In this document: one piece after another, positions 13,501 through 25,485 of the stretch
Layout of the letters: each line of letters begins with the position of its first letter
Position numbering within the stretch: the stretch's first letter is position 1
From: Octopus sinensis
Taxonomy: Eukaryota
Length of the DNA stretch: 64,000 bases
Assembly: GCF_006345805.1 (NCBI RefSeq)
Contig: NC_043001.1
Coordinates: 72,602,001 to 72,666,000, forward strand
Direction of reading: 5' to 3'
Translations under genes and position numbers: made by a program
The notes under the pieces: model-generated
The model's input: the letters and a program-made list of their open reading frames with translations, nothing else
What the model was told of the DNA's origin: nothing
Databases searched by the model: none

Positions 13501-13626
13501 ACACGCACGCACACACATGCACACCACACAGATGCACAAACACACACAGACACACGCACACACACAGACACACGCACACACACACTTATATATATGCATA
13601 TACACGTATATATACATATATATTTG

Positions 13627-13659
<33 letters not shown>

Positions 13660-14397
13660 GGTGTGTGTAATATATATGATACATGTATGTGTATACACAC
13701 ACACACACATATATATGTGTGTGTGTGTGTGTGTGTGTATGTATATGTATGTATATATATATATATATATATATGAATATGTATATATATATACATATGC
13801 ATACATACATACATACATACATACATACATACATACATACATAAATATACATATATACACACATACAAACACACACGCACGCATATTTCCGTCTATTGTC
13901 GATTTTTGGGTAAAAGATCTGTGAAATTCTCTGCTCTCTGTCTATCGCATGAGTACTTTTGGAATCATTGATTAAAGTGAAACCATCCGTCTTTGGCACA
14001 AAGAAGAGCAGTAGTTAATTGCTAAAGGCCAAATATCTGATTTAACAGTATGTGCGTTGTTCGGTGTGTCATCAGTCTTCCCCAAACTACATCTCATCGC
14101 TTTACATGTGAGAAAACTCACATTAGATGTTGTAGTCTATACACTCGTCTAGAAAAACAGGCAGAAGCTACAGATGGAATGCTTTCCATCTTATATGTAC
14201 TCGGTCAGGAGAAGCTTGCGTTCAACATTAACAACATACAGATCTTCTGAAGGACACAAAATATCGCATAATAATTTCTTTCTTCTGCACCATTAATACA
14301 GAGAGTTGACGGAATAAGAACGTTGGAAGATACTTTCCAGAGTATCAAGTAATCAACAAGGTCTCTTCTCCAATAATTGCTATCTCTGTACCAAATA

Positions 14398-14762
14398 AGG
14401 CTGCAGTCATGTTGGGACACCGCCTTGAAGCTTTTTAGGCGAATGATTTGACCCCAGTGCTTTTTAAAGCCTGGTACTTATACTATTGGTCACTTTTGTC
14501 GAACCGCTAAGTTACATGGAGGTAAACACATTAGTACCGGTTGTCAAGCGGTGAGGGGGACAAAGACAAACACAAAAACACACACTCAAAGATATATATA
14601 CGACTGGCTCCTTTTAGTTTCCGTCCACCAAATCCACTAACAAGGCTTTGGGTAACCAGAAGCTATCGTAGAAAACATATGCTCAAGGTGATACGAAATA
14701 GGACTGAATCCAGAACCATGTGATTGGGAAGCAAAGTTTTTATCACCCAGCTACGCCTGCGC
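14398..14762 (-). mobile_element. Family-A SINE
   Basis: Reverse-complement match to 7403-7793 (accgctaagttac, ccaaatccact..caaggcttt, gctacgcctgcgcc). Confidence 0.8.
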
Positions 14763-14764
14763 CA

Positions 14765-15460
14765 GCGTGTGATGGTTTGTATGCTGATAGTTGACAAGTT
14801 GAAGACTGCATATTTGACCTTTCTAATGACGGAGTCGTCAAATGCAATAGTTGTCAGGATACATGGTGGAAGTCAGCTTACCAAGAATGAAACGGATAAG
14901 TTGGTTTTCTCGAATTCCATCAAAATAAATAACAGAAGGAACTGATATTTGAAATGGCCCTTAATTTACTGTTACGATGTAAAGAGAGCTGCTTCGAGTT
15001 GTATAAAGAGTAGTAAACGTTCTGTTGTCCATTTCGTAGGTAGTCTGTAGTCTGTAGTCTTCTAGGAGACAGAAGGAAGAAAAAGAGAAGAGTAAGAGAA
15101 TTTACCTTTCTGGGTTGATGAGTAGAGAGAATAAGAGTTGTATGGCCCTTCCTTGACATGCCACGAGAGAAGAGATGGAAAGAGAAGGTTGACCTTCCGA
15201 CAAATGCCGGATACAAAGAGGAAGAATTGTAGTTGGGTTCTTTATTTATAATATTTTCCTAGCTAAATTAGGTCAGGCTAAGCAAAGGAGTCTTTTATCT
15301 GCTTTCAACTGTCGTTGACCCAAGAACAGAACTTATTTAAGTATTTTAGTTAACTCTCGTAAATTTTAGTGCGAATGCCGAGAACAATGAAAAGGAGTTT
15401 GCAGAAAAATCTAGACCAAGGTTTCAATTCCTTGCTAAGAATCCGGGGAACGATTTGCTT
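14765..15460 (-). mobile_element. Possible 5' part of a Penelope-like element (leader plus decayed N-terminus)
   Basis: Minus strand shows a hammerhead-like remnant (gattctt-agc-aaggaatt-GAAACCTTGGTC), tataaata, a pyrimidine-rich leader and a weak NQLIRF..DF..CI / FDDSVIRKVKYAVFNL pattern. Weak overall. Confidence 0.3.
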
Positions 15461-15524
15461 CATATGTATGTGTGTGTATATATGCATTCATGCATGTATA
15501 TACGTACGTATATATGTATGTATG

Positions 15525-15830
15525 TGTTGTATAATGAAACTGTATCGCCCTCCCGGTAAAAAGTGGTAGGAGTCGTCTATTATAAACAGACCAGTAGCCA
15601 GTCGTCAAGAGAAGGTCGAGAGTCGAAGAGTTGAGAGACGACAATTCTAGTCGGTGCCTTGTGGAACTATCAGCGATGGTAAGACTGAAGTTAGTGTATT
15701 ACTATTCCGGTACGAAGAGATACATCGGTATCCGATAACTAGTAACTGTTGTGGCTACTGGCCAAAAACAGCAACAACAGTACATTGGCAGTCACACATC
15801 AGACTAGTTGGAGGAACCCACTTTACAACA
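15525..15830 (+). repeat. 5' LTR of a Gypsy element
   Basis: Begins TGTTGTAT, ends TTTACAACA (terminal inverted TGTTGTA/TACAACA), and is followed by the PBS-like TGGCGACGAGG at 15832. Confidence 0.7.
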
Positions 15831-18296
15831 GTGGCGACGAGGAAAAACAAATTTACGCGGAGTGAAAAAAAAAAACATTCACACGGAGAGTATAATTCAC
15901 ATGCAAAATTAAATAACTCGACAAAAAGAGAAAAAAAATTTTGTTGTGCAGACATATGAAAAATCGTAAAATATTGTTAGCTTGTTAGTTGGGGTAGTTG
16001 AGTTGCAAAAACAGCAATAACAACAACTCAAGGAACAACGAGAACAACAAGTATTGCAGCAGAAAATGTTACAAGTAATGAAGTTGATAACCAAACCAGA
16101 GAATACATTTTCGTCTGACCATGTAGCAAATTCCATAAGTGAATTCAAAAATGACCCCGAAGAAGGAGTAACTTTCGAGACTTACTTTCGAAGATTCGAA
16201 CAAATTTTTGAAAATGAATGTCAGGATTTGGACGGACGAAATGAAAACGCATCTAGTGTTAAGAAAACTAGCGACAGCAGAGCATGAGAAGTATAGTAAC
16301 TTCATGTTGCCAAAAAAAAAAAGGGGGAAAGAAAGAAAGAAAAAGCGTACAACATAAATTTCATCGACACATTTGACTTTTTGTGCAAAATGTTTAGTGA
16401 AAGAGCTCACTGTTTAATACTAGATGGAAATGTTGAAACATGTAAAGGAGCGAAGATTAAGACTTCACTACTTATACAGAGTCAACAAACAACGTGAGAG
16501 ATTTAGGCTAGATATGCTTACTCCAGGTTCTTTCAGGTGTTTGATTTTGTACAAGAATTGACAGATAAAAAGGATGCAGAAATTCGAACAAAAATTCTAG
16601 CAAAACTGGAACTGAACCAAGATTTGACATTGCAGAAACTGTCGGAAGTGTGTGACATGATATTAAATTTAAGGCAAGACACGGAAAAAATTTAACAGAA
16701 AGAGTATTTTCACATAAAACCAGTGCAAAAAAGTAGGAAGACAAATAAAGTGTTGCGGGAAAAAGAAATATTGATATGTAGATCCATGTATAGCATGTGG
16801 TGGGATGCATCTGAAAAAAGATTGTTCGTATAAAAAAACAAAGTGTTTTCGCTGCGGGGTTTACAAGACATATAAAATTGTAATGCAAAACTAGAATGAT
16901 AGGAAGTTGGAACAAACAAGAAAAAATTGTTCGTCAGCAGGAAAAGTTGGGACTAAAACAAACAGAAAATTCGTGAATGTGATAATTCAAACCACTAGTG
17001 TCAGAATGCAATTAGAAACGGGAAGTGTCATCACAATCATAAATGGGAAAACATGGGAACAAATGGGTAAACCAAAATTATGTAGTCCAAACAAAATAGC
17101 GCATGGTGTTACAGGAAGAAAATTATATATCACGCGTGAATGCATTTCTAATATAGTATTCAAAAGATCGAACCAAAAAGTGAATGTTCATGTATTGAAA
17201 AAATCCATGAATTTATTTGGCACTGAATGTATGGAGAAATTTAATTTATGGGATATACCTATAAGCGTTTTGTGCAATAACGTAAACGGAGCAATCAAAC
17301 GATAAAACAAAGTCGATGAACTGAAACAAATAAAAGTTATGTGAAACATCGAGCGTGAACTGCCAGTAACTTTGGAAAAAATAAAAACAAATGCGAGAAA
17401 TGGCAAATTTATTAATGAGACAAAAGGAAAACTGTGGTCGGCAAAAGAAAATAAAGGTCTGATGCAAAGAACCGCGAAGATGTGAGCGTGTACTCTATTC
17501 TATATATGTTGGTGTACTAATGTACGCTCAGAGGGTGGTCATACCACATACATTATAGAAGAGAATGCTAAAAGAGTTTCATGTGGGATACCCTGGCATC
17601 TCTAGAGTGAAAGTGCTGATGCGAAGTTTCGTATACTGGCCAAGCATAGACAAGAAAGTTGAAAACCTGGTGAAAGGCTGCAGAGGATATACGCTGGCAA
17701 CAAAACTACCTACTACAAAATGTGAACCTTGGCCGGAAGTGAAAATACCATGGTTCCGATTGCATATCGATTTTGCAGGTCCGGTAAATGGATATTATTA
17801 TTTAATAGTTGTGGACAGCGACACAAAATGACCTGAGGTTGCGAGGTGTAAACGACCAACCTCATATACGTACAGTAATAAACTTCTTTCACAAGCTGTT
17901 CGCAAGATTTGGTGTACCGGATATAATTGTCTCTGATAACGAAACACAGTTTGTATCCTGTGAGTTTAAAAGATTCTGCTAGATGTTTACGTTAGAACAT
18001 AAAATTATAGTACCGTATCACCCTAGATCGAATGGAAGGCTCGAACGGTTCGTGGACACTTTTAAGAGAGCTTTAAAGAAAGCTAATAAAGAAGCCACAG
18101 ACAGGGTCACTATCCAACAAATCTTACGGTAACTCCAAATCCAAATACGTCAGAAGGAAGTTCACCAGCAAAATTAACGTTTGCTAGAAAGGTAAAGTCA
18201 GTATTCGTTAAATTGTAACCGGTGAAGAAAAAAATATGTGCTAGTAGAGACATGCCAAAATTCTTTAGAATCGTTGAGAAGGTATATATATGTATA

Positions 18297-18676
18297 CTAG
18301 CAGTATCGCCCGGCGTTGCTCAGGTTTGTAAGGGAAATAACTATAAAGCATTTTTAGAGAGTTATAGCCAAAAAATAGCAAAAAAATGGAAAAAAATGAT
18401 GGTAAATTTTTTTTAGTTAAAAAGGTGGAGTTGCGTCCCCTAGACAGTTTGCGGTTTGTGTTTCTGATTCTCGACCCCATGTCGAATTCATCGATTTTTT
18501 TCAGAACTGGGGGAACTTTTCAAAATTTTCGCTGCGTTAGTTTTGAATTATGACATTGGGCTATGTGTGTGTCAAGTTTCATCAGAATCGGTTGAAAGCC
18601 GTGGTCAGGGTGAGGGTACAAGCAAACAGACACACAGAAACACGCACAGACAAACTGCCGTTTATATAGAGAGAGA
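18297..18676 (-). mobile_element. Non-autonomous Helitron nested in the Gypsy element
   Basis: Minus strand: A|TCTCTCTCTATATAAACGG ... cctgagcaacgccgggcgatactgCTAG|T. This gives 5' TC, a 3' hairpin plus CTAG, an AT target and no TSD. Confidence 0.8.
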
Positions 18677-19129
18677 TATGTACAAAATGGCAAGTAATAC
18701 TGGGAAGAAGGATAAATTGTAACATACATAGGAAGAATGATGTATGGTGTAAGAAGCAGAAATGGAAAGGAGACATAGAAAAAGTCATAGAAAGGGAACC
18801 AACAAAAGTAGAAAGACTGATGGATTGGCTATATGACATTTTCAGGCTCCATCACCGTCACAAGAAATCGAAACCACACGTACAAGGAAAAGGAAGAACA
18901 CTGAATTCCTAAAAGCAGATACTAAGAAGATAAGATATTGAGTATATACGTAAAAAAATAAGAGGTGGAGTGAATAAAATAATCGATTGTTAAAAATTAT
19001 TCAATTTATTGATGAAAGTAAAAAGGCAAAAACTGGAATGACTTGTTACATATATAACACGTATGTATATGATACATACAAAAGAAAGACAAAGAAAAAC
19101 AAAAAAAAAAGAACAGAAAAGAAATATAA

Positions 19130-20250
19130 AAAAACATCAAAGCAACATCAAGTACTTCAATTGGTTGCACAGCACAAGTTTCAACGGAACCTGTTGAAGC
19201 AAGCCAGCACGCTCGCGGCATTACCACAAACGATGGCGAGACTAAGGCGTTGGAAAAGCCAAGCACCCTCACGGGCATCACCAGACAGCGAACTGCCAAC
19301 GATGACAAGAACTTTGCGGTTAGTGGCCCAGTTACCCCATACGTCTCAAATGCCTCAGGTTGGAAGAGATAGTTCACTGCTAGGTGCCGGTACTTCAGGA
19401 ATTTGTTCCGTTTGGCTATGGAAACAGTGACACTCCCATTTACCGCAGCTTCCAAGATGTAGGAGTCACAGACCGTGGTGTTCCAGATGAGCTACCTACC
19501 TCTTACTCAGGGGCAGAAGATAAGATCATCTAGTCTCTTCCATCACTTCTGGATATTCCCGCCGGCTCTAGAACTGAGGAAATATCAATCCGAGCCAGGA
19601 TCCGCTTAATGATTAAGTTTAGCTCGGTGTGACGAAGGAAGCAACCAGCATTTAGACGGCGAAACAGACCTGGGATCGCGAGACCTGTCACAGCGACATC
19701 TCAGTCTCCTACAGACGTCAGCTTCCACTCTGAGTGCGATGAAGAAGCGGAGCTCATCCAGACTGAGTAGATCTCCAATGTTGGCCACAGGCAGGGCATC
19801 AGTCCAGTCCTCCGAGAATTTTGCATTAGTAGAAAGACACCTTGAAAATTGATCAAGGAGAAAGCTGAAAGGGGAACCTGAACGCAGACTGTCCCATACT
19901 CTCTGCTTCAGTCTATCCTCAACTGCAACAGGAACTGACAAACCCACCTCTCTCCATTGTAGCAGAGCTTCATCCATCTCCCTGTTGGAATTAGTCCATG
20001 CTTGAGAGGTGAGGATGTTGCCTACTAAAGGAAAACAAGCATGGATGGAGGAAAGAAAACAAGGAAGAGATAGAGACAAGCACTCGTGGTTGAGTAAAGC
20101 AGCCTGGTTGAGGGACTCTGGAGAGAGTTTGACATTAACCAAGCATTCGAGTTTCCTGAAGATTCGGTTGTTAAAACATTAGAGAAATGACGAGAATTCA
20201 TAAGAGGGACTAACTCTGAGAAACTACAATAACTTAGGAATCGACTTGTT
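19130..20250 (-). mobile_element. CRE-like non-LTR retrotransposon C-terminal half (post-RT, zinc knuckle, RLE), decayed
   Basis: PKLL*FLRVSP, DWTDALPVANIGDLLSLDELRFFIALRVEADVC..CRC, VLEPAGISRSDG, KFLKYRHLAVNYLFQPEAFETYGVTGP, LSLAIVCGNAASVL. Confidence 0.75.
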
Positions 20251-20739
20251 TTCAAAATAGACAATGACCTTCTTTCAAAGTTTCGACAAAGTTTCGTGAG
20301 AATTGAATTTAAAGTTGTTCACAGCTGGGGTAATCTTTCCTTTCAAGTTGTTTTTAATTCTACAATTGTATTTAAACATACATATTAAGCGGTGTTTGTC
20401 TTTTCCGTAAACTGTTAGAAAAGTTACTTAACTTATTTCTTCGTGTGTATCGTTACTGCGCTATGTTTATATAAATATGTTAAGATACACATATCGTTTA
20501 TACGGATATGCTGCAATATATGTAATGTTTAAAATTCTGATGTAGAAATATTTGTATGGAATCTTAACGCACTTTGTACCTCAACTTCACCAATATTTGG
20601 TACATGGTCTTCATACGAGCAGTAATTACGCACGTGCAAATGTCGGACTAACCATAACGGTCACCGTGATTGTGTGTGTGTGTGTGTGTGTATGTGTGTG
20701 TGTGTTTCGAAACACAAAAACAAAAAACAAAACATACAT

Positions 20740-20910
20740 CTACTGAGGGAAGCTTGGTCTGCAATATCTGCGGATGTGTATGTTTATCAAGAGCTAGTCT
20801 TAAAAATCACCAACGCAGTCTCAAGTGTAAAGGATAAATTGGTCTCAGTGCACAATGTCCTTAGTGGTCAGCGATGGTCTTCCTCGGTCACTAATGGACA
20901 GCTACCAACG
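20740..20910 (+). mobile_element. 3' end of an RTE LINE (C-terminal zinc-finger-like motif plus 3' UTR)
   Basis: LVCNICGCVCLSRASLKNHQRSLKCKG* followed by gtcttcctcgg..ggacagctaccaacgccg. Confidence 0.6.
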
Positions 20911-22269
20911 CCGTGTTTGTGTGTATGTGTGTAATTATGCATATTTACGTATCTATACGGTATCATAACCAATTACGGTTGACTACAGAATCGGTATTGG
21001 CAGCAACTCAGTAGACTTATTCTGGTGACAATTTTTCAGGAATTATTGTGCATTGAGAATAGTAAAGTAACAACTAGAGATATTTCATAGTTCTTAAAAT
21101 AGTAGACAACAACAGCAGCAATCTAGGATAATGAATTACAGATTCATTATTAATGTAGACTCTTTACAAAGACGTATTGCCTCATTAGACAAATTAATTA
21201 CTGTTGTTGCTAATCGCTATATGATAATAGCCTATATAAATGTCGGTGGGTTGGTTAATCTTTTTCAGTCATGTTTCATATCGTATAGAGGGGAGAGAAA
21301 GAAGAGGGAAGAAGGGAGGAGAGGTGGAGGGAGAGAGAAAGAAGCGGCCAGAGAGGAGAGAGGGGAGGGAGGGATAGAGAGAGTTAAGATAACAGATACA
21401 GGATGACTGCATATACTAGGCTTGGCGGCAGGCTATGAGTAAAGGAATGCTTCACACATACACACACACACACAACGAGAGAAAAAGAACCATATGGTGG
21501 AAGATGGGAAGAGGAGAAGGAGGAGGAGCAAATGACAGAGTAGTAAATATTTTCCATTTGAAAATTAGTTTTTATTAACTCATTTTGTATAAGCAAAGAA
21601 ATTTGATACAAGTCAAATTATAATGATTGTATGTGTGCCATATTTCTTGATGTTACCCCATGGTAGGAAAAATATACTTCCAAGGTTACTCGTCATATGA
21701 CTGGTGACACTCTAATCTTCAAATAATTTGTTAAATAAACAGCAGTAATGTACACAAAACTGAATCGTCTGTTATAATTCCATTCATAGTTTGGGTATTT
21801 TATCTATAGAAATAATACATTGACCCAAAACTTGACTGGAACTTTTTAATTTATCGACTAAAAAAAATGAAAGGAAGAGAAATATTTTGTGATATAAACC
21901 AAGTAGAATTTGAACTCAGAACGTAATGGTTAACTAAATACTAGTGGAAGTGGAGGAGGAAAGTATCACCAAACTGGAGACCTGGCTCGAATGCTTACAA
22001 ATAGAATGATTCCGTTAAAGGCAGCCATAGAGCCAGACGGTGGTGTTCTACCAGGTGACTGATCGAGACTGCTAAAAAACAGGCCACAACAAAATCCAAA
22101 CTAAAAATGCAGGAACGAATACCATTAGGTATCCGAACCGAGGCTTTAGTGATTCCACCAGGGCACTGTGCTACACTGGTACTTTATTTATTGACCTTAA
22201 GAAGAAGAAAGGCAAATTTTGACATTGGCAAGGTTGAATTCAAAAACACAAGATAAATATATTTTCTAC

Positions 22270-22470
22270 CATAAGCGCAAGGCCTGGAATTGTGGTGGTG
22301 AGGGCGCTAGTCAATGCCACCAAGACGCAACTGGTACTTTATTTTATCGACCTTGAAGAAATGAAAGTCAAAGTCAACCTCAGCGGAATTCAAAGCCTGA
22401 GTGTAAAGACGGACAAATGCTAACAGCATTTTGTCCGGCAAGCTAACGATTCTGTCAGTTCAACGCCTTA
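22270..22470 (-). mobile_element. Family-B SINE
   Basis: caactggtacttattttatcgacc..aaagtcaacctcagcggaatt..gctaacgattctgtcag. Confidence 0.75.
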
Positions 22471-22738
22471 AAAGTACAGAACAAATATCGTAAGGCAATT
22501 CGTCCAACGCTCTAACGACTTCACCAAGAGAAAAGCATGAACACCACTGAATCTATATTACCTTTCCAATATAGTAAATACTAATGAATTCTAGAATTGT
22601 AAGAAACGTCTAAAAATGCTTAGAAATGGCTGGAAATTTCTGGAAATGTCTGGAAGGAAAACAAATATGATAACATTAAATGTCAGGGATAACAGATAGG
22701 TTGAACAACAGGGTTTGTTGATAAAACCGTAACAGAAG

Positions 22739-22776
<38 letters not shown>

Positions 22777-23155
22777 GGTAACAGTTGGAGTAATAGTAGT
22801 AGTACAAAATAAATAATTGATAGTCTGATAAGGAAATTTATCATAATGCTGCTGCTTAGAGGAAACACACATACACATACACATACAAAGACACACACAC
22901 ATGCATGCGCACACATCCATACATATATTTGAATACACACATATACACACACGGAACTAGTGGTGTCTAAAGATAAAAGGTCGACATTATTACACAAGCG
23001 CGTACACACAGACGTACACAACACGCGCGCATGCGCACTCGTACTAATATTTGAGTGTCTCGGTTTCTTTCTTTCTCTCTTTCTGGGTCTCTCTATCTCT
23101 CTCCCTTTCTTTACCTTCCCCCTCCCTCTCTGCATATTATATATATATATATGTG

Positions 23156-23186
<31 letters not shown>

Positions 23187-23207
23187 ATATAGAAACACAT
23201 ACATATG

Positions 23208-23260
<53 letters not shown>

Positions 23261-23262
<2 letters not shown>

Positions 23263-23615
23263 CTGTGTGGTAAGTATCTTGTTTACCAACCAAATGGTTT
23301 TCCGGGTTCAGTCCCACTGCGTGGCACCTTGGGCAAGTGTCTTCTACTATAGCCTCGGGCCGACCAAAGCCTTGTGAGTGGATTTGGTAGACGGAAACTG
23401 AAAGAAGCCTGTCGTATATATGTGTATATATATATGCGTGTGTGTGTGTTTGTCCCCCTAGCATAGCTTGACAACCGATGCTGGTGTGTTTATGTCCCCG
23501 TTACTTAGCGGTTCGGCAAAAGAGACCGATAGAATAAGTACTGGGGTCGAGTTGCTCGTTTAAAGGTGGTGCTCCAGCATGGCCGCAGTCAAATGACTGA
23601 AACAAGTAAAAGAGA
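23261..23615 (+). mobile_element. Family-A SINE with internal (TA)/(TG)n
   Basis: Full head, core, microsatellite and tail, matching 7403-7793. Confidence 0.85.
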
Positions 23616-23667
23616 AAGAGAGAGAGTATATATCTGTATGAGTATATACATATACATATATACACAG

Positions 23668-24015
23668 TACAGGTGCAATGACCTAGTGGTTCGAGCAGCG
23701 GACTCGCGGTCAAAGGATCGCGGTTTCGATTCCCAGACCGGGCGTTGTGAGTGTTTATTGAGCTCCAACAGACTTCGGCAGGGTATGGTGGTGAGCACTG
23801 CTGTACACATTCACCACAACTTTCTCTCATTCTTTCTTCCTGTTTCTGTTGTACCTGTATTTCAAAGGGCCAGCCTTGTCACTCTCTGTGTCACGCTGAA
23901 TCTCCCCCGAGAACTACGTTAATAGTACACGTGTCTGTGGAGTGCTCAGCCGCTTGCACGTTAATTTCACGAGCAGGCTGTTCCGTCGATCAGTTCAACT
24001 GGAACCGTCGTCGTC
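23668..24015 (+). mobile_element. tRNA-derived SINE, third family
   Basis: Head gacctagtggttcgagcagcggactcgcggtc..ggtttcgattccc (A and B boxes); 3' gagtgctcagcc..gatcagttcaactggaaccgtcgtcg, with a related remnant near 54680-54755. Confidence 0.7.
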
Positions 24016-24016
24016 G

Positions 24017-24082
<66 letters not shown>

Positions 24083-24084
<2 letters not shown>

Positions 24085-24222
24085 GGCGCAGGGGTGGTAA
24101 GTAGTTTGCTTAACAACCACATGGTCCCAGGTTCAGTCTCACTGCGTGGCACATTGGGCAAGTGTCTTCTACTATAGCTTTGTTAGTGGATTTGGTAGAG
24201 GAAACTGAAAGAAGCTCGTCGT
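24083..24222 (+). mobile_element. Family-A SINE head and core
   Basis: aggcgcagg..ggttcagtctcactgcgtggcac..gtggatttggtagag. Confidence 0.8.
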
Positions 24223-24229
24223 ATATATA

Positions 24230-24881
24230 TATACGGCAATGAGAAAATGGAGGGGATCAAGAGGTGGTATTCATCAACTTTTAGATATTATATTATGTCT
24301 ATTTATTTATTTAAAAAAAAACAAAAAACTATAACAATTTACATATATGTATAACATATAGAGATAGATGCACCCTTTTAAAGCCTAGCCAGGCTCATGG
24401 ACCCGGGGCTTCCCAGTTTCAATGGTGTATGTGTTCCCCAGCTGGATGGGACGCCAGTCCATCGCAGCGTTATTCATTTTTGCCAGCTGAGTGCACTGGA
24501 GCAATGTGAAATGAAGTATTTTGCTCAAGATCACAACGCGGTGCCATGTCCAGGAATTGAAATCACAATCTTACGATCATGATGCTGACACCCTAACCAC
24601 TAAGCCACGCACTTCCACACAACATATTATGCTTTACTTATATAATATATAAAATATAAAAATACCAGTAATTATTAAAACTTATAACGTATATACGTTA
24701 TATATTTTAATAATTACTGATATTTTTATATTTTATATACTATATATGTAAAGCATAATATGTTATACATGTATGTATATTGTTGTAATTGTTTTTTTAA
24801 AATAAATAAATAGACATAATATAATGTTTAAAGTTGATGAATACCACCTCTTGATCCCCTCTATTTTCTTATTGCCGTATA
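24230..24881. repeat. Spacerless fold-back palindrome (about 190-bp arms) interrupted by a SINE
   Basis: Ends tatacggcaatgagaaaatggagggg / cccctctattttcttattgccgtata; centre tataacgtat|atacgttata at 24692/24693. Confidence 0.85.
24362..24620 (-). mobile_element. tRNA-derived SINE with Meta/V-like central domain
   Basis: Minus strand gtggcttagtggttagg..atttcaattcc head and gctgcgatggactggcgtcccatccag core; aacatat on both sides (TSD-like). Confidence 0.8.
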
Positions 24882-25485
24882 AATTAAGGGTAAAATAACT
24901 TTTTACCCTCACCCATTTTGTTACAGTTGTGTAATTGCCATGCAATGAAAACACACTTGTGTAATAATGATTGTGTACTCTACCAGCAGTATATTGGATA
25001 GATATTATCCCTTAGTTGGTTGAATTCACAACCTCTAACTCTCTTGGAACTATATATATATACACACACATACATATATATATATATACATGTGTGTGTG
25101 AAAATATATTTATGTGTGTGTAAGCGTAATACATACGGACATAAACTAGACAAAACATGTGCCCCCATATCATACATAGCGCAGGGATATATATATTTGC
25201 GCAATCATTCTCAGGCGAAAATCTATATAGATACGTGAACGCAAAACCATACGCACATCCACGTGCAAGCCACTAAATAAGAGCTTCAATGGAAGCATAG
25301 TTCTCTCTCCCTCTCCCTCTCCCTCTCCCTCTCCCCTCCCCCTCTCCCTTTCTCTCTTCCTCTTTCATTATTTCTTTCTCTGTACCTTTTCCGCTCACCT
25401 TTCTCCCATTCTGTGTGAGAGTATGAGTACGTGTGTGTATTTGTGTGTGCGTGTTTGCGTATTCGCACACATGCATACATACACA

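Larger units (their letters stand above)
15525..18900 (+). mobile_element. Ty3/Gypsy (Mag-like) LTR retrotransposon, decayed, RT and RNase H deleted, no 3' LTR seen
   Basis: gag (ISEFKNDPEEGVTFETYFRRFEQIF), protease (MQLETGSVITIINGKTW), integrase (FHVGYPGISRVKVLMRSFVYWP; RLHIDFAGPVNGYYYLIVVDS). The C-terminal part resumes after a Helitron at 18677. Confidence 0.85.

Noticed and set aside
15105-15165. Minus-strand peptide MSRKGHTTLILSTHQPR resembling the ABCG H-loop region (MSKQGRTIIFSIHQPR)
   Set aside because: It has one extra residue, no AG acceptor after the pyrimidine tract, no neighbouring ABC exons, and lies in a probable retroelement leader. tBLASTn with ABCG proteins would settle it.
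21940-22060. Possible exon or R4 C-terminal relic (SITKLETWLECLQI)
   Set aside because: Too short and degenerate to call either way.
23668-23745. tRNA-like sequences (also 7403, 24550-24620, 36280) as tRNA genes
   Set aside because: Acceptor and T stems do not close, and they continue into repeat bodies; they are SINE-type heads.
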